Shown: positions 30,403 through 39,441 of the stretch, piece after piece
Numbering within the stretch: the stretch's first letter is position 1
Layout: the number at the start of each line of letters is the position of its first letter
Assembly: GCA_965219415.1 (NCBI GenBank)
Contig: CBDCNP010000001.1
Location: forward strand, 128,001-192,000
From: Candidatus Marinacidobacterales bacterium
GTDB lineage: Bacteria > Acidobacteriota > Vicinamibacteria > Marinacidobacterales > DATDRI01
Length of the DNA: 64,000 nt
Direction of reading: 5' to 3'
Position numbers and translations under genes: made by a program
The notes under the pieces: model-generated
Databases searched by the model: none
The model's input: the letters and a program-made list of their open reading frames with translations, nothing else
Told to the model about the DNA's origin: nothing

Positions 30403-31836
30403 TTAGGGAGCTGGAGTCCCGAGCGGCCCCGGGAGGCGCACCGAAGCGATGCCACGCTTCCCTTTTCGCCGCGCCACGATCTGCCGAAGAGGAGTCTCGA
30501 AGAAGAACTCCTCCTCACCGAAGGCGGGCTCGAGCTGATCGAGCCAGGTAGCTCCGGGATCGAACCGGGCGAAGAAGGGCCGCCCGACCCAGCGTGGATC
30601 TCGTGCTTGGATGAACTTGAGGACGATCACCTTCTCTCCATGAACGGTCGCGATGCCGTCCACGATGACCTTGCCCGGAGTCGCGGACATCGACGGTCCT
30701 CGAACAGTCCGCGCGAGGCCAGAAACCTGCCGGTACGCGTCGTTGAAGATGTGAAACGCCTCGACGAGTGGAAGCTCGAAGTACTCCTTGGCACCGGTAT
30801 CCCGCTCCACGAACATGTAGTACGGAATCGCACCCAACCGTACTTGTTTGCGCCACATGGTGGCCCAAGTATCGGCGCTGTCATTGACCCGGCGAATCAA
30901 TGGTGCTTGGCAGCGAACCACCGCACCGGCGCTTCGGATCCGGCGCACCGCCTCCTCGGCGACCGGCGTGGAGAGCTCTTTCGGGTGGCTGTAGTGCGCC
31001 ATCACTCCGACGCTCCGCCCGCTTTCGCGGATCTCCTCGAACAGTGTGAGGAGCCCGTCCGCGTCCTGGTTGCCAGCGAATCGGTACGGCCAGTAAGCGG
31101 GTGCCTTGGTCCCGAAGCGGATGCTGACCAGACTCTCGAGAGAGCGATCGAGCAAAGGCTCCACGTACTTCCGGAGGACCTGAGTCTTCATGATCATCGG
31201 GTCGCCGCCCGTGAACAGGACGTTGGTGACCTCAGGATGCGCGTGCAGGTAACTCACCAGGGAATCGGCCTGGCGGGCCGCGAACTTGAGTTCGTCGATC
31301 CCAACGAACTGTGCCCAGCGGAAGCAGTACGTGCAGTAGGCGTGGCACGTTTGGCCCGCCGCCGGAAAGAAAAGCACCGTTTCGCCGTACTTGTGCTGCA
31401 GCCCAGAGATGGGCTCGCCATCGACACGCGGAACGTTGAGCTCCATTTGGCCGGCCGGATGAGGATTCAACGTCTGCTGAATCTCGCGGGCTGCGGCGTG
31501 GATCTCTTCTTCTGTGGCCCCACCCCGCACCAGGGCGAACATTCTTTCGAAGTCCTCCCTCCTCAGCATTTCCGGCTGGGGAAACGTCAGCTGATAAATC
31601 GGATCGTCGGGGATGTTCGACCAATCGATCAAGTCTTCGAGAACGTAATTGTTGACCCTGAACGGAAGGACCGCGGATACCGCCTTCATAGCGGTGACCT
31701 GAGATGGAGAGAGGCCCTCCAGTTGTGGGATCTCGTCGATATGTCTGCGTGTGAACACGCGGAACTGGCGATCCTCCAGGGCTTTGGCCTTCTGGGGGGC
31801 TGAGTCGTCCAATTTGCTTGCTTTCTTCTTGTTGAT
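30403..31836 (-). CDS. KamA-family radical SAM protein (lysine 2,3-aminomutase-like)
   Basis: VLPFRVN.YV, GLQHKY.ETVLFFP, CHAYCTYC, LFTGGDP, PYYMF.ERDTG and RGPSMS motifs. Confidence 0.9.
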   Translation of the reverse strand: MNKKKASKLDDSAPQKAKALEDRQFRVFTRRHIDEIPQLEGLSPSQVTAMKAVSAVLPFRVNNYVLEDLIDWSNIPDDPIYQLTFPQPEMLRREDFERMFALVRGGATEEEIHAAAREIQQTLNPHPAGQMELNVPRVDGEPISGLQHKYGETVLFFPAAGQTCHAYCTYCFRWAQFVGIDELKFAARQADSLVSYLHAHPEVTNVLFTGGDPMIMKTQVLRKYVEPLLDRSLESLVSIRFGTKAPAYWPYRFAGNQDADGLLTLFEEIRESGRSVGVMAHYSHPKELSTPVAEEAVRRIRSAGAVVRCQAPLIRRVNDSADTWATMWRKQVRLGAIPYYMFVERDTGAKEYFELPLVEAFHIFNDAYRQVSGLARTVRGPSMSATPGKVIVDGIATVHGEKVIVLKFIQARDPRWVGRPFFARFDPGATWLDQLEPAFGEEEFFFETPLRQIVARRKGKRGIASVRLPGPLGTPAP

Positions 31837-32073
31837 AACGCCCTCCTTTCGTTATTCCGATCCCGACACACCTACAGCGAAGCGCTTCCAGCGCAAGCCA
31901 TTGATGCGCACCTGCTGGAAGGGAATCTCCAGCTTTCAGAGCCCAGACGCCGGAACGCTCACCTCAAGCGCTGATGGCAGCCCTTCGAAAGGGTCGAGTC
32001 CGGCGGTTGGCGCTGGATGCCCTCCCCCTCAGTCGAGGGACTACATTATACCAAAATCGCCGTAACTGTTCAA
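31837..32073 (-). promoter_or_regulatory. Near-consensus sigma70 promoter plus ~200-nt structured 5' leader of the KamA-like gene
   Basis: TTGAAC-N17-TATAAT with extended TG (32073-32045). Leader helices TCCAGCGC/GCGCTGGA, CGCCGGA/TCCGGCG and GCTGGA/TCCAGC. Confidence 0.65.
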
Positions 32074-32168
32074 GTACAAGTACAAGAACTTGGAGCGTGG
32101 CACCCGCTCCTTCCTCGACTGTGTTATCCTCCTCAACCCAGTGGTTGCCTTTTCGGCGCCCACCGTCC

Positions 32169-35100
32169 TTGGAGACAACGCTGCACCGTATCATATTTCT
32201 GATTTCCCTGCTCTCCGTTTCCCTGGCCGCCAACTCGCCGGCCATCGCCTCCGCTCAAGCTGAAACCAGCCCGCTGAAGGCGGAAGCCTTCACGGGGTTG
32301 GCCCTCCGGTGCATCGGTCCCGCTCGAATGTCGGGCCGCATTGCCGACATCGCCATCCATCCTCGGGATCGCAGTACCTGGTACGTGGCCGTCGGCTCGG
32401 GGGGCGTCTGGAAAACGACCAATGCGGGGACCACGTGGACGCCCATTTTCGACGGCGAATCGTCGTATTCCATTGGCTGCGTGGCGATCGACCCCCAGAA
32501 TCCGGAAATCGTGTGGGCAGGGAGCGGCGAGAACGTGAGCGGTCGCCACGTGGGCTATGGGGACGGCGTTTATAGGAGCCTCGACGGCGGAAAGACCTGG
32601 AAAAACGTGGGGCTCAAGGCATCGGAGCACATCGGCAAGATCCTCATCGACCCCCGCGACTCGGATGTCGTCTATGTGGCGGCTGAGGGCCCCCTGTGGG
32701 CGGCGGGCGGCGAACCGAGGTGTGTCTACAAGACCGGGGACGGTGGGGAGGAGACCTGGGACCACGTCCTCGATATCAGCGAGAACACCGGCGTGACGGA
32801 TCTGGAGCTCGATCCGCGGAATCCCGACGTCTTGTACGCAGCCGCATACCAGCGCCGGCGACACATTTGGTCGCTGCTGGCAGGGGGTGAGGAGTCGGGA
32901 ATCTACAAAACCACGAATGCAGGGGCGGACTGGAGGGAGCTCGACAACGGTCTACCTTCGGGAGACATGGGGCGTATCGGCTTGGCGGTGTCCCCCATCG
33001 AGCCCGACATCGTCTACGCCACCATCGAGGCGGGCGAGGATGACAAGGGATTTTACCGCTCGGCCAACGGCGGGGAGGGCTGGGAGAAGAGGAGCGACTA
33101 CATCAGCGGTGGAACCGGCCCTCATTATTATCAAGAGATCTACGCCTCGCCGCACAAGCTCGACCGTATCTACCAAATGGATCCTTGGATCCATGTCAAC
33201 GAAGACGGGGGGAAAACGTTCGACCGACTGGGCGAGCCCTATAAACACGTCGACAACCATGCCTTGGCCTTCGACCCGGATGATCCCGACTACTTGCTTT
33301 CCGGATGCGACGGGGGGCTGTATCAAACGTGGGACCATGCCGAGAGCTGGAGCTTCGTCGCCAACCTCCCGGTGACTCAGTTCTACAAGATGGCCGTCGA
33401 CAACGACTATCCGTTCTACAATGTCGTGGGCGGCACTCAGGACAACAACACCCAGGTCGGACCGTCACAGACCGGGAACCAGAACGGGATCCAAAACAGC
33501 GATTGGTACGTCACGGTTGGTGGTGACGGGTACGCCTGTCAAATCGACCCGACCGACCCCAACATTATCTACTCCGAGTCGCAGTACGGGGGCTTGATGC
33601 GCTACGACCGGCAAAACGGCGAGCTTCTGGATATCAAGCCTCAGCCGGCCAAGGGCGATCCCCCAGAGCGATGGAATTGGGACTCACCGATCCTTTACGT
33701 GGGGACCGATGACGGCATCATCCAAGTGACGGAAGATGGCGGCGGGAGCTGGCGGCGTATCGACACGTTTCCGGGCGTTCCCGATCTGGCGTTCGTCAGT
33801 GAGGTCAAGGCGTCGGTCCGCAACGCAAACACGGTCTTCGCCGTTCTCGACAACCACAAGGTGGGAGACTTCAATCCGTACATCTTGAAGAGCGCGGACC
33901 GGGGAGCGACGTGGACTTCGATCTCGGGTGACATGCCGGCGCGCCATATTGTCTGGTCCATTGTTCAAGACCACATCGATGCAAACCTGCTCTTTGCGGG
34001 GACGGAGTTCGGAATCTTCTTCAGCGTCGACGGTGGTGCACACTGGGTGAGGCTCGAAGGCGGAGTGCCGACGATCTCGTTTCGGGACCTCGAGATCCAG
34101 CGGCGGGAGAGTGACCTGGTGGGCGCGTCGTTCGGTCGCGGTTTCTACATCTTGGACGACTACTCTCCCCTTCGCAGGCTGGACGCCGCCACGCTGGCCT
34201 CGGACGCCCATCTCTTTCCGGTCAAGAACGCACTGCTTTATGTCCCCTCCATCCCACTCGGTTTGAGGGGCAACGCGAGTCTGGGCGGCAGTCATTTCAC
34301 GGCTCCCAACCCACCCTTCGGGGCGGTTTTCACCTACCATTTGAAGGAGTCACCCAAATCCAGCAAGGAGCTTCGAAGGGATGAAGAAAAGGAAATTCGG
34401 GAGAAGGGTGACGACGTGCCGTTTCCGAGATGGGAGGCCCTCGAGCGGGAAGATCGCGAGGAGGAGCCCTCGATCATTCTTACGGTGAAGGACGACGGCG
34501 GAAACGTCGTGCGACGCATCTCGGGACCTTCGGGCAAGGGTTTTCATCGGATCGCTTGGAACTTGCGGTATCCAGCGCCGAACCCGACCGACGTCGATCC
34601 ACCCGCGGTGACCTCGCCGTGGCAACGTCAACCCCAGGGCCCGCGGGCTATGTCTGGGCAGTACTCGGTGGAATTGAGCAAGTTGGTGAACGGGAAACTC
34701 GAGTCCTTGGGGGAGAGCCAGACATTTCAGGTCGTTCCCTTGGAGAACTCGACCCTTCCTCCGCAGAATCGTGAGGCGGTGCGCGCTTTCGAGAAGAAGA
34801 CCGCCGATCTCGTGCGAAGGGCGTTGGGGGCGGTCGATGCCACCGAGGAAGCGCTCAACCGGATCGAGCACTTGAAGCAAGCCATCGTCGATACGCCGGG
34901 CGCATCGCCGGAGCTTCTGTCGCAAGCGGAGGACATCGAGCTGCGACTCAAAGACGTCCAGAAGAAACTGGAGGGCGATCCGGTCGTCCGGCGGCTGCGA
35001 GAACCGCAGACGCCCTCGATCGTCGGGCGTATTTCACAGATCACGTACGGTTCGTGGAAGTCGACTTACGGGCCCACCGAAACCCATCGCCAGAGCTTAG

Positions 35101-35237
35101 AGCTTGCCGCCGAAGAATTCGCGGAGGCGAGCGCCGAGCTCCGGCGACTCACCGAAACGGACATCAAACAACTCGAGTCAGTATTGGAGCAAGCCGGTGC
35201 GCCTTGGACACCTGGTCGAGCCGTTCCGCAAGACTAG
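32169..35237 (+). CDS. VPS10/BNR-repeat glycosyl hydrolase-like exported protein (apparent in-frame internal deletion near 33690)
   Basis: IGP..MSGRI.D, GGVWKT.N.G.TW, GDGVY.S.DGG.TW Asp-box repeats, GG.QDN and PNPPFGA motifs. Confidence 0.9.
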   Translation: METTLHRIIFLISLLSVSLAANSPAIASAQAETSPLKAEAFTGLALRCIGPARMSGRIADIAIHPRDRSTWYVAVGSGGVWKTTNAGTTWTPIFDGESSYSIGCVAIDPQNPEIVWAGSGENVSGRHVGYGDGVYRSLDGGKTWKNVGLKASEHIGKILIDPRDSDVVYVAAEGPLWAAGGEPRCVYKTGDGGEETWDHVLDISENTGVTDLELDPRNPDVLYAAAYQRRRHIWSLLAGGEESGIYKTTNAGADWRELDNGLPSGDMGRIGLAVSPIEPDIVYATIEAGEDDKGFYRSANGGEGWEKRSDYISGGTGPHYYQEIYASPHKLDRIYQMDPWIHVNEDGGKTFDRLGEPYKHVDNHALAFDPDDPDYLLSGCDGGLYQTWDHAESWSFVANLPVTQFYKMAVDNDYPFYNVVGGTQDNNTQVGPSQTGNQNGIQNSDWYVTVGGDGYACQIDPTDPNIIYSESQYGGLMRYDRQNGELLDIKPQPAKGDPPERWNWDSPILYVGTDDGIIQVTEDGGGSWRRIDTFPGVPDLAFVSEVKASVRNANTVFAVLDNHKVGDFNPYILKSADRGATWTSISGDMPARHIVWSIVQDHIDANLLFAGTEFGIFFSVDGGAHWVRLEGGVPTISFRDLEIQRRESDLVGASFGRGFYILDDYSPLRRLDAATLASDAHLFPVKNALLYVPSIPLGLRGNASLGGSHFTAPNPPFGAVFTYHLKESPKSSKELRRDEEKEIREKGDDVPFPRWEALEREDREEEPSIILTVKDDGGNVVRRISGPSGKGFHRIAWNLRYPAPNPTDVDPPAVTSPWQRQPQGPRAMSGQYSVELSKLVNGKLESLGESQTFQVVPLENSTLPPQNREAVRAFEKKTADLVRRALGAVDATEEALNRIEHLKQAIVDTPGASPELLSQAEDIELRLKDVQKKLEGDPVVRRLREPQTPSIVGRISQITYGSWKSTYGPTETHRQSLELAAEEFAEASAELRRLTETDIKQLESVLEQAGAPWTPGRAVPQD

Positions 35238-35253
35238 CGGGGTCGATTTCTAA

Positions 35254-35841
35254 ATGGAGACCCTGAAGAACCTCCTCCTCACCTGGGGCGTTCCGGGTTT
35301 GTTTTTCATCGCGCTCTTGGACTCCGCCGGAGTCCCCCTTCCGGGTGGCCCCGATGCCGTAGTCATGCTGCTGAGTTGGCAGCGCCCCAACTCGATGCTT
35401 TTCATCGCGCTTGCCGCGTCACTCGGCTCCACTGTGGGGAACTGGCTCCTCTACCAAGTTGGGAGAAAGGGTGGCGGAGCCGCGCTCGCCCGCTTCGACC
35501 CAAAGAAAAGAGACTGGGTGACGGACAAGCTCAAGCGGAACGACTTCTTGGCGATCCTGATCGCGATGCTCGGCCCGCCGCCGTTCCCCACCAAGATCTT
35601 CATCCTCATGGCCGGCGCCTTCGAGATGCGTATGGGGCGGTTCCTCCTAGCGGTGTTCAGTGGACGCCTTGTTCGCTTCCTCGGCGAGGCCTATCTGGGA
35701 GCGCGATTCGGTGACGAGGCGGCCGAGGTCCTCGCGAACCATTACGGGACGATCGCTGTCGTCTTGATTGGGGTGGTCGTGGGTTCCCTGCTGGGGCGGT
35801 ACTTTTGGTCTAGAAGGCAAGCGCCTGCGCCAACGCCTTGA
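35254..35841 (+). CDS. YqaA/DedA (VTT domain) membrane protein
   Basis: GLFFIALLDS, LY.VGRKGG, PPP.PTK.F...AG and GR.VRF motifs. Confidence 0.85.
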   Translation: METLKNLLLTWGVPGLFFIALLDSAGVPLPGGPDAVVMLLSWQRPNSMLFIALAASLGSTVGNWLLYQVGRKGGGAALARFDPKKRDWVTDKLKRNDFLAILIAMLGPPPFPTKIFILMAGAFEMRMGRFLLAVFSGRLVRFLGEAYLGARFGDEAAEVLANHYGTIAVVLIGVVVGSLLGRYFWSRRQAPAPTP

Positions 35842-37372
35842 CGCCCTTCTTGATATCCCTCTCGTCCAGGCAGGCATAGCCCATCACCAAGCCCGACCGC
35901 TTGCGAGGACCGAGGTAATAGCGAGAAAGCGGAGCGACATCTACACCTAGCTCGGCTGCTTTCTTCTCAACCCACTCGTCAAGCTCGGCAGGCTCGGGGT
36001 CGGATCCAGTTTTGTGCCCGCACAGAATTGGATCCGACCCCTGTGGCGAAACGAGATCCGACCCCGGTTCTTGCAGCTCCCCAATGAGGTGCATTCCGGC
36101 GTCTGCGGGCTGCACGGACAGGCGTCCCGCGAGATGGCGTCCCACCTCTTTCACTAGCATCGCTTGTCTCTCGCGGTAGAGCCGGCGCATGCGGCGGATG
36201 TGGGATCCGAAATGACCGCCATCGATGAAGTCGGCGACTACCGCTTGGGTAAGCGTGGAGCTGTGGCGGTCCACGAAACTGCGGGCCGCGATGAGCGGGT
36301 CCACGAGGTCGGGAGGTGCGACAAGGTAGCCAAGCCTCAGCGAGGGAAACAGCACTTTCGTAAAAGTCCCGACATAAATCACGCGCGCCGTGTTGTCGAG
36401 ACCTTGTAGAGCGGCCAGCGGCCGCCCCTTGTATCGGTACTCGCTATCGTAGTCGTCCTCGATGATCCAAGCACCTGCGGAGCGTGCCCAATCGAGAAGC
36501 GCGAAGCGGCGAGCAAGACTGAGAGTGGAGCCGAGTGGATATTGGCGAGACGGAGTGACGTACGCAAGGCGCGCACTCGGAGCCAACTCGATTCCGGTTT
36601 CGACTTGTAAACCCTCGTCGTCGACAGGAACCGGTACCAAAGAGAGTCCCGCCGCGGTGAAGGCTCCCCGCGCGCCGAGATAGCCGGGCTCCTCGAGCCA
36701 GACGGCGTCTCCGGGATCGGTTAGAACTCTGACCGCGATGTCGAGAGCTTGCTGCGAGCTCGTATTGATGATGATCTGTTCCGGCTCACACTGAACCCCA
36801 CGTGCCCCCGCCAAGTACGTCGCGATGGCTTCGCGAAGCGGTCGGTAGCCAGCCGGATCGCCATAGCAAAGATTTTCGCGACTCACGCGACGACTGCGTC
36901 GAGAAAGCAACCGATGCCATAGATCGACGGGAAACTGATCGACTGCCGGGACACCGGCAGCGAACGGCCGTGGGTTCATCGCATCTCGACCGATGGGTGT
37001 CGCGCTGATGGCTTTTCCCCGGTCTGAGATCGATCGCCCTTTCACCGGTCGGGCGGGCTTGGGTTTGGTGTCGCGCCGGGCGATGGTTCCGACGTCCTCT
37101 GCGATCGAGGACGCGACGTAGGTACCGTCCCCGAGTCGGCTCTCGACATATCCCTCCGCGACGAGCTGATCGATCGCGACGAGGATCGTATTTCGCGAAA
37201 GGCTCAGGTCATCGGCTAGAGTCCGGCTGGAGGGGAGGCGCGCTCCTCGGGGAAGTTTGCCCTCGAGGATCAGCTCGCGGATACGCTGATAGACCTGTTG
37301 GTACAAGGGCTGGGACGAGCTCGGGTCCACCATGGGGGCCGCAAGTAATGCTCCCATTGGACTTTTGGCCAT
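35810..37372 (-). CDS. MocR/GabR-family regulator (GntR HTH + PLP aminotransferase domain)
   Basis: RLPSSR.LA, EEPGY, YVTPS.QYP.G, IIEDDYDSE and GTF.K.LFP.LRLGY motifs. Confidence 0.95.
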   Translation of the reverse strand: MAKSPMGALLAAPMVDPSSSQPLYQQVYQRIRELILEGKLPRGARLPSSRTLADDLSLSRNTILVAIDQLVAEGYVESRLGDGTYVASSIAEDVGTIARRDTKPKPARPVKGRSISDRGKAISATPIGRDAMNPRPFAAGVPAVDQFPVDLWHRLLSRRSRRVSRENLCYGDPAGYRPLREAIATYLAGARGVQCEPEQIIINTSSQQALDIAVRVLTDPGDAVWLEEPGYLGARGAFTAAGLSLVPVPVDDEGLQVETGIELAPSARLAYVTPSRQYPLGSTLSLARRFALLDWARSAGAWIIEDDYDSEYRYKGRPLAALQGLDNTARVIYVGTFTKVLFPSLRLGYLVAPPDLVDPLIAARSFVDRHSSTLTQAVVADFIDGGHFGSHIRRMRRLYRERQAMLVKEVGRHLAGRLSVQPADAGMHLIGELQEPGSDLVSPQGSDPILCGHKTGSDPEPAELDEWVEKKAAELGVDVAPLSRYYLGPRKRSGLVMGYACLDERDIKKGVKALAQALAF

Positions 37373-37483
37373 CCCGACCCTCCGGAGGACGGCACCCAGA
37401 TTGGCACCGTCGTCCCCATAATAGCGGATCTCTCGAAGGTACCACTTGCAGCCTATCCTCTACCCAGCATGCTATTCTGACGC

Positions 37484-38281
37484 GTGCTAGCGAAGCACCG
37501 ACTCGCCATAGCCTTCTTAACCCTCCTCTTCGTCCCGGTCGCGACCGCCAGCGCTCAAGTCCAGCTTTCCACTCCCCGTGATCGCTCGGTTCACGATTTC
37601 GCTGGCGTCATATCACCTCAAGACGCCGCCACGATGGAAAGACTCCACAAAGCGCTCTTCGACCAGACGGGCGTCGCGATCGTTGTGGTTACCGTTCCGC
37701 GTCTCGAGGGGGAGCCCATCGCAGACTTCGCCGTTCGCGTAGGCCAAGACTGGGGTGTGGGAAGAAAGGGCGAGGATCGTGGGATCGTTTTGGCCCTGGC
37801 CACCGAAGACCGGAAAGTGTTCATTGCCACGGGCTACGGCGTAGAGGGTTACCTCCCCGACGGTCGTGTTGGAAGGATCCTCGATCGGTTCGCGATGCCT
37901 TCCCTCAGACAAGGCGACTGGTCCACCGCGATGCTGCAAACGAGTACCGCGCTGGTGCAAGCCAGTGCCGAGGAGTATGGCGTTGTGGTCGGTGAAACCA
38001 GCAGCGTCGCACCCGAGAGGAGCAGCCCAAGGACTACCGCCCCAGGCGGGGCCTCACAGCGCAGACGTCCGGGGCTGCTCGGTTTCGTGTTTCGGATTCT
38101 CTTCTTTATCTTCATCGTGTACATGATCATTCGCCATCCGCAGCTATTATTTTGGCTGCTCCTCTCGGGCCGCGGAGGAAGGGGCGGATTCGGCGGTGGT
38201 GGTGGATTCGGTGGCGGTGGTGGTTTTGGGGGGTTTGGCGGAGGAGGCTTCGGCGGCGGCGGCGCCGGACGAAGTTTCTAG
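37484..38281 (+). CDS. TPM domain protein with Gly-rich tail
   Basis: V.DFAGVI, WGVG.KG.D.G, I.TGYG.EG.LPD and GGG.FGGGGAGRSF motifs. Confidence 0.92.
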   Translation: MLAKHRLAIAFLTLLFVPVATASAQVQLSTPRDRSVHDFAGVISPQDAATMERLHKALFDQTGVAIVVVTVPRLEGEPIADFAVRVGQDWGVGRKGEDRGIVLALATEDRKVFIATGYGVEGYLPDGRVGRILDRFAMPSLRQGDWSTAMLQTSTALVQASAEEYGVVVGETSSVAPERSSPRTTAPGGASQRRRPGLLGFVFRILFFIFIVYMIIRHPQLLFWLLLSGRGGRGGFGGGGGFGGGGGFGGFGGGGFGGGGAGRSF

Positions 38282-38299
38282 CGCTCAGGAGGGATTAGC

Positions 38300-39016
38300 A
38301 TGGCTTCGGAATTGAAGGACCATCCCACACTAAAGAAGATCCTCACCGATCTCGAGGAATCCGTGGGTGACCGACTCCACAGCGTGGTGCTCTACGGATC
38401 GACGGCACGCGGCGACTACGAGAAAGCCACTAGCGACCTCAACTTGATCGTCGTCCTCGAGAACCTAGATCCGTCCACGCTCGAAGCACTCGAGCCTGCG
38501 TTCACCCATTGGCGCAAAGCGAATCAACCCGTCCCTCGCATCTTCTCCCCTACGCTCATTGCCGAGTCGGCCGACGTGTTTCCCATCGAGTTCTTCGATA
38601 TCAGCCGGCGACGGATCGTCCTTCAGGGGAAGGACCCGTTCGACGAGCTGGAAATCCACGTGAACCACTTGCGCCATCAGTGCGAAAGAGAGCTTCGCGA
38701 AAAGATGATGCGCCTCAGAGAAGCCTTCATCGAGACCCGAGGCAAATCGAAGGCCTTGAAGCTTCTAATGACCGAGTCCTACCCTTCTTTCGTCGCCCTC
38801 TTCCGGGGCTGCCTCCATCTCATGAACCAGGAAGTACCCATCCACAACGAGGAAGTCGTCGCCGCCTTCGGTGAGCAGGCCGACCTCGACACGGCTCCCT
38901 TTCTCGAGATCGAGCGGCTACGGGGCGGTGAAACGATCGACAGCGACCCCCGAGCCCTTTTCGATCGCTATTACAAAGAGCTCACCAAGGCCGTCCACCG
39001 TGTGGATCGCTTCTAG
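38300..39016 (+). CDS. Nucleotidyltransferase-domain protein
   Basis: SVVLYGS.ARGDY....SD.NL and DVFPIEF.DI motifs. Confidence 0.8.
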   Translation: MASELKDHPTLKKILTDLEESVGDRLHSVVLYGSTARGDYEKATSDLNLIVVLENLDPSTLEALEPAFTHWRKANQPVPRIFSPTLIAESADVFPIEFFDISRRRIVLQGKDPFDELEIHVNHLRHQCERELREKMMRLREAFIETRGKSKALKLLMTESYPSFVALFRGCLHLMNQEVPIHNEEVVAAFGEQADLDTAPFLEIERLRGGETIDSDPRALFDRYYKELTKAVHRVDRF

Positions 39017-39026
39017 CCCCCTCCTC

Positions 39027-39073
39027 TTGACAATCTACAGAGCTCGGCCTATTCTCCTGTAGACCGTCTAGGA
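39027..39073 (+). promoter_or_regulatory. sigma70 promoter and probable PadR operator
   Basis: TTGACA-N17-TATTCT followed by the dyad CTCCTGTAGA-CCG-TCTAGGAG. Confidence 0.65.
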
Positions 39074-39083
39074 GAAAGAGAAC

Positions 39084-39428
39084 GTGGCCGAAACCAAAAG
39101 CGACCTCTTACAAGGCACCCTCGACATGCTCATTCTCAAGACCCTGAGTCTGGATCCGATGCACGGCTGGGGCATCTCGCAGCGCATTCAGCAGATCTCA
39201 AAGGACGTGCTACAGGTCAATCAAGGCTCGCTCTATCCCTCGCTGCATCGCCTGGAACGACAGGGATGGATAGCCTCCGAGTGGGGAACCTCGGAGAACA
39301 ATCGCCGGGCCAAGTTCTATCGCGTGACGAGGGCAGGGCGGAGGCAGCTCGCCGAAGAAACCGAGAACTGGGAGCGATTGTCCGCAGCGATCGCCCGTAT
39401 CATGCAGACCGCCCAGGCAACTCGATGA
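39084..39428 (+). CDS. PadR-family regulator (acidobacterial type)
   Basis: [27 protein letters not shown] and SENNRRAK.Y motifs. Confidence 0.95.
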   Translation: MAETKSDLLQGTLDMLILKTLSLDPMHGWGISQRIQQISKDVLQVNQGSLYPSLHRLERQGWIASEWGTSENNRRAKFYRVTRAGRRQLAEETENWERLSAAIARIMQTAQATR

Positions 39429-39441
39429 TGTCATGGGGTGA

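Noticed and set aside
30397-31803. 468-aa + strand ORF, and similar long shadow ORFs such as 53234-54487 and 45818-47032
   Set aside because: They are antisense or alternate-frame to well-supported genes, which is expected in GC-rich DNA, and carry no motifs.
38165-38275. GGC/GGT low-complexity repeat
   Set aside because: It encodes the normal Gly-rich tail of TPM proteins.
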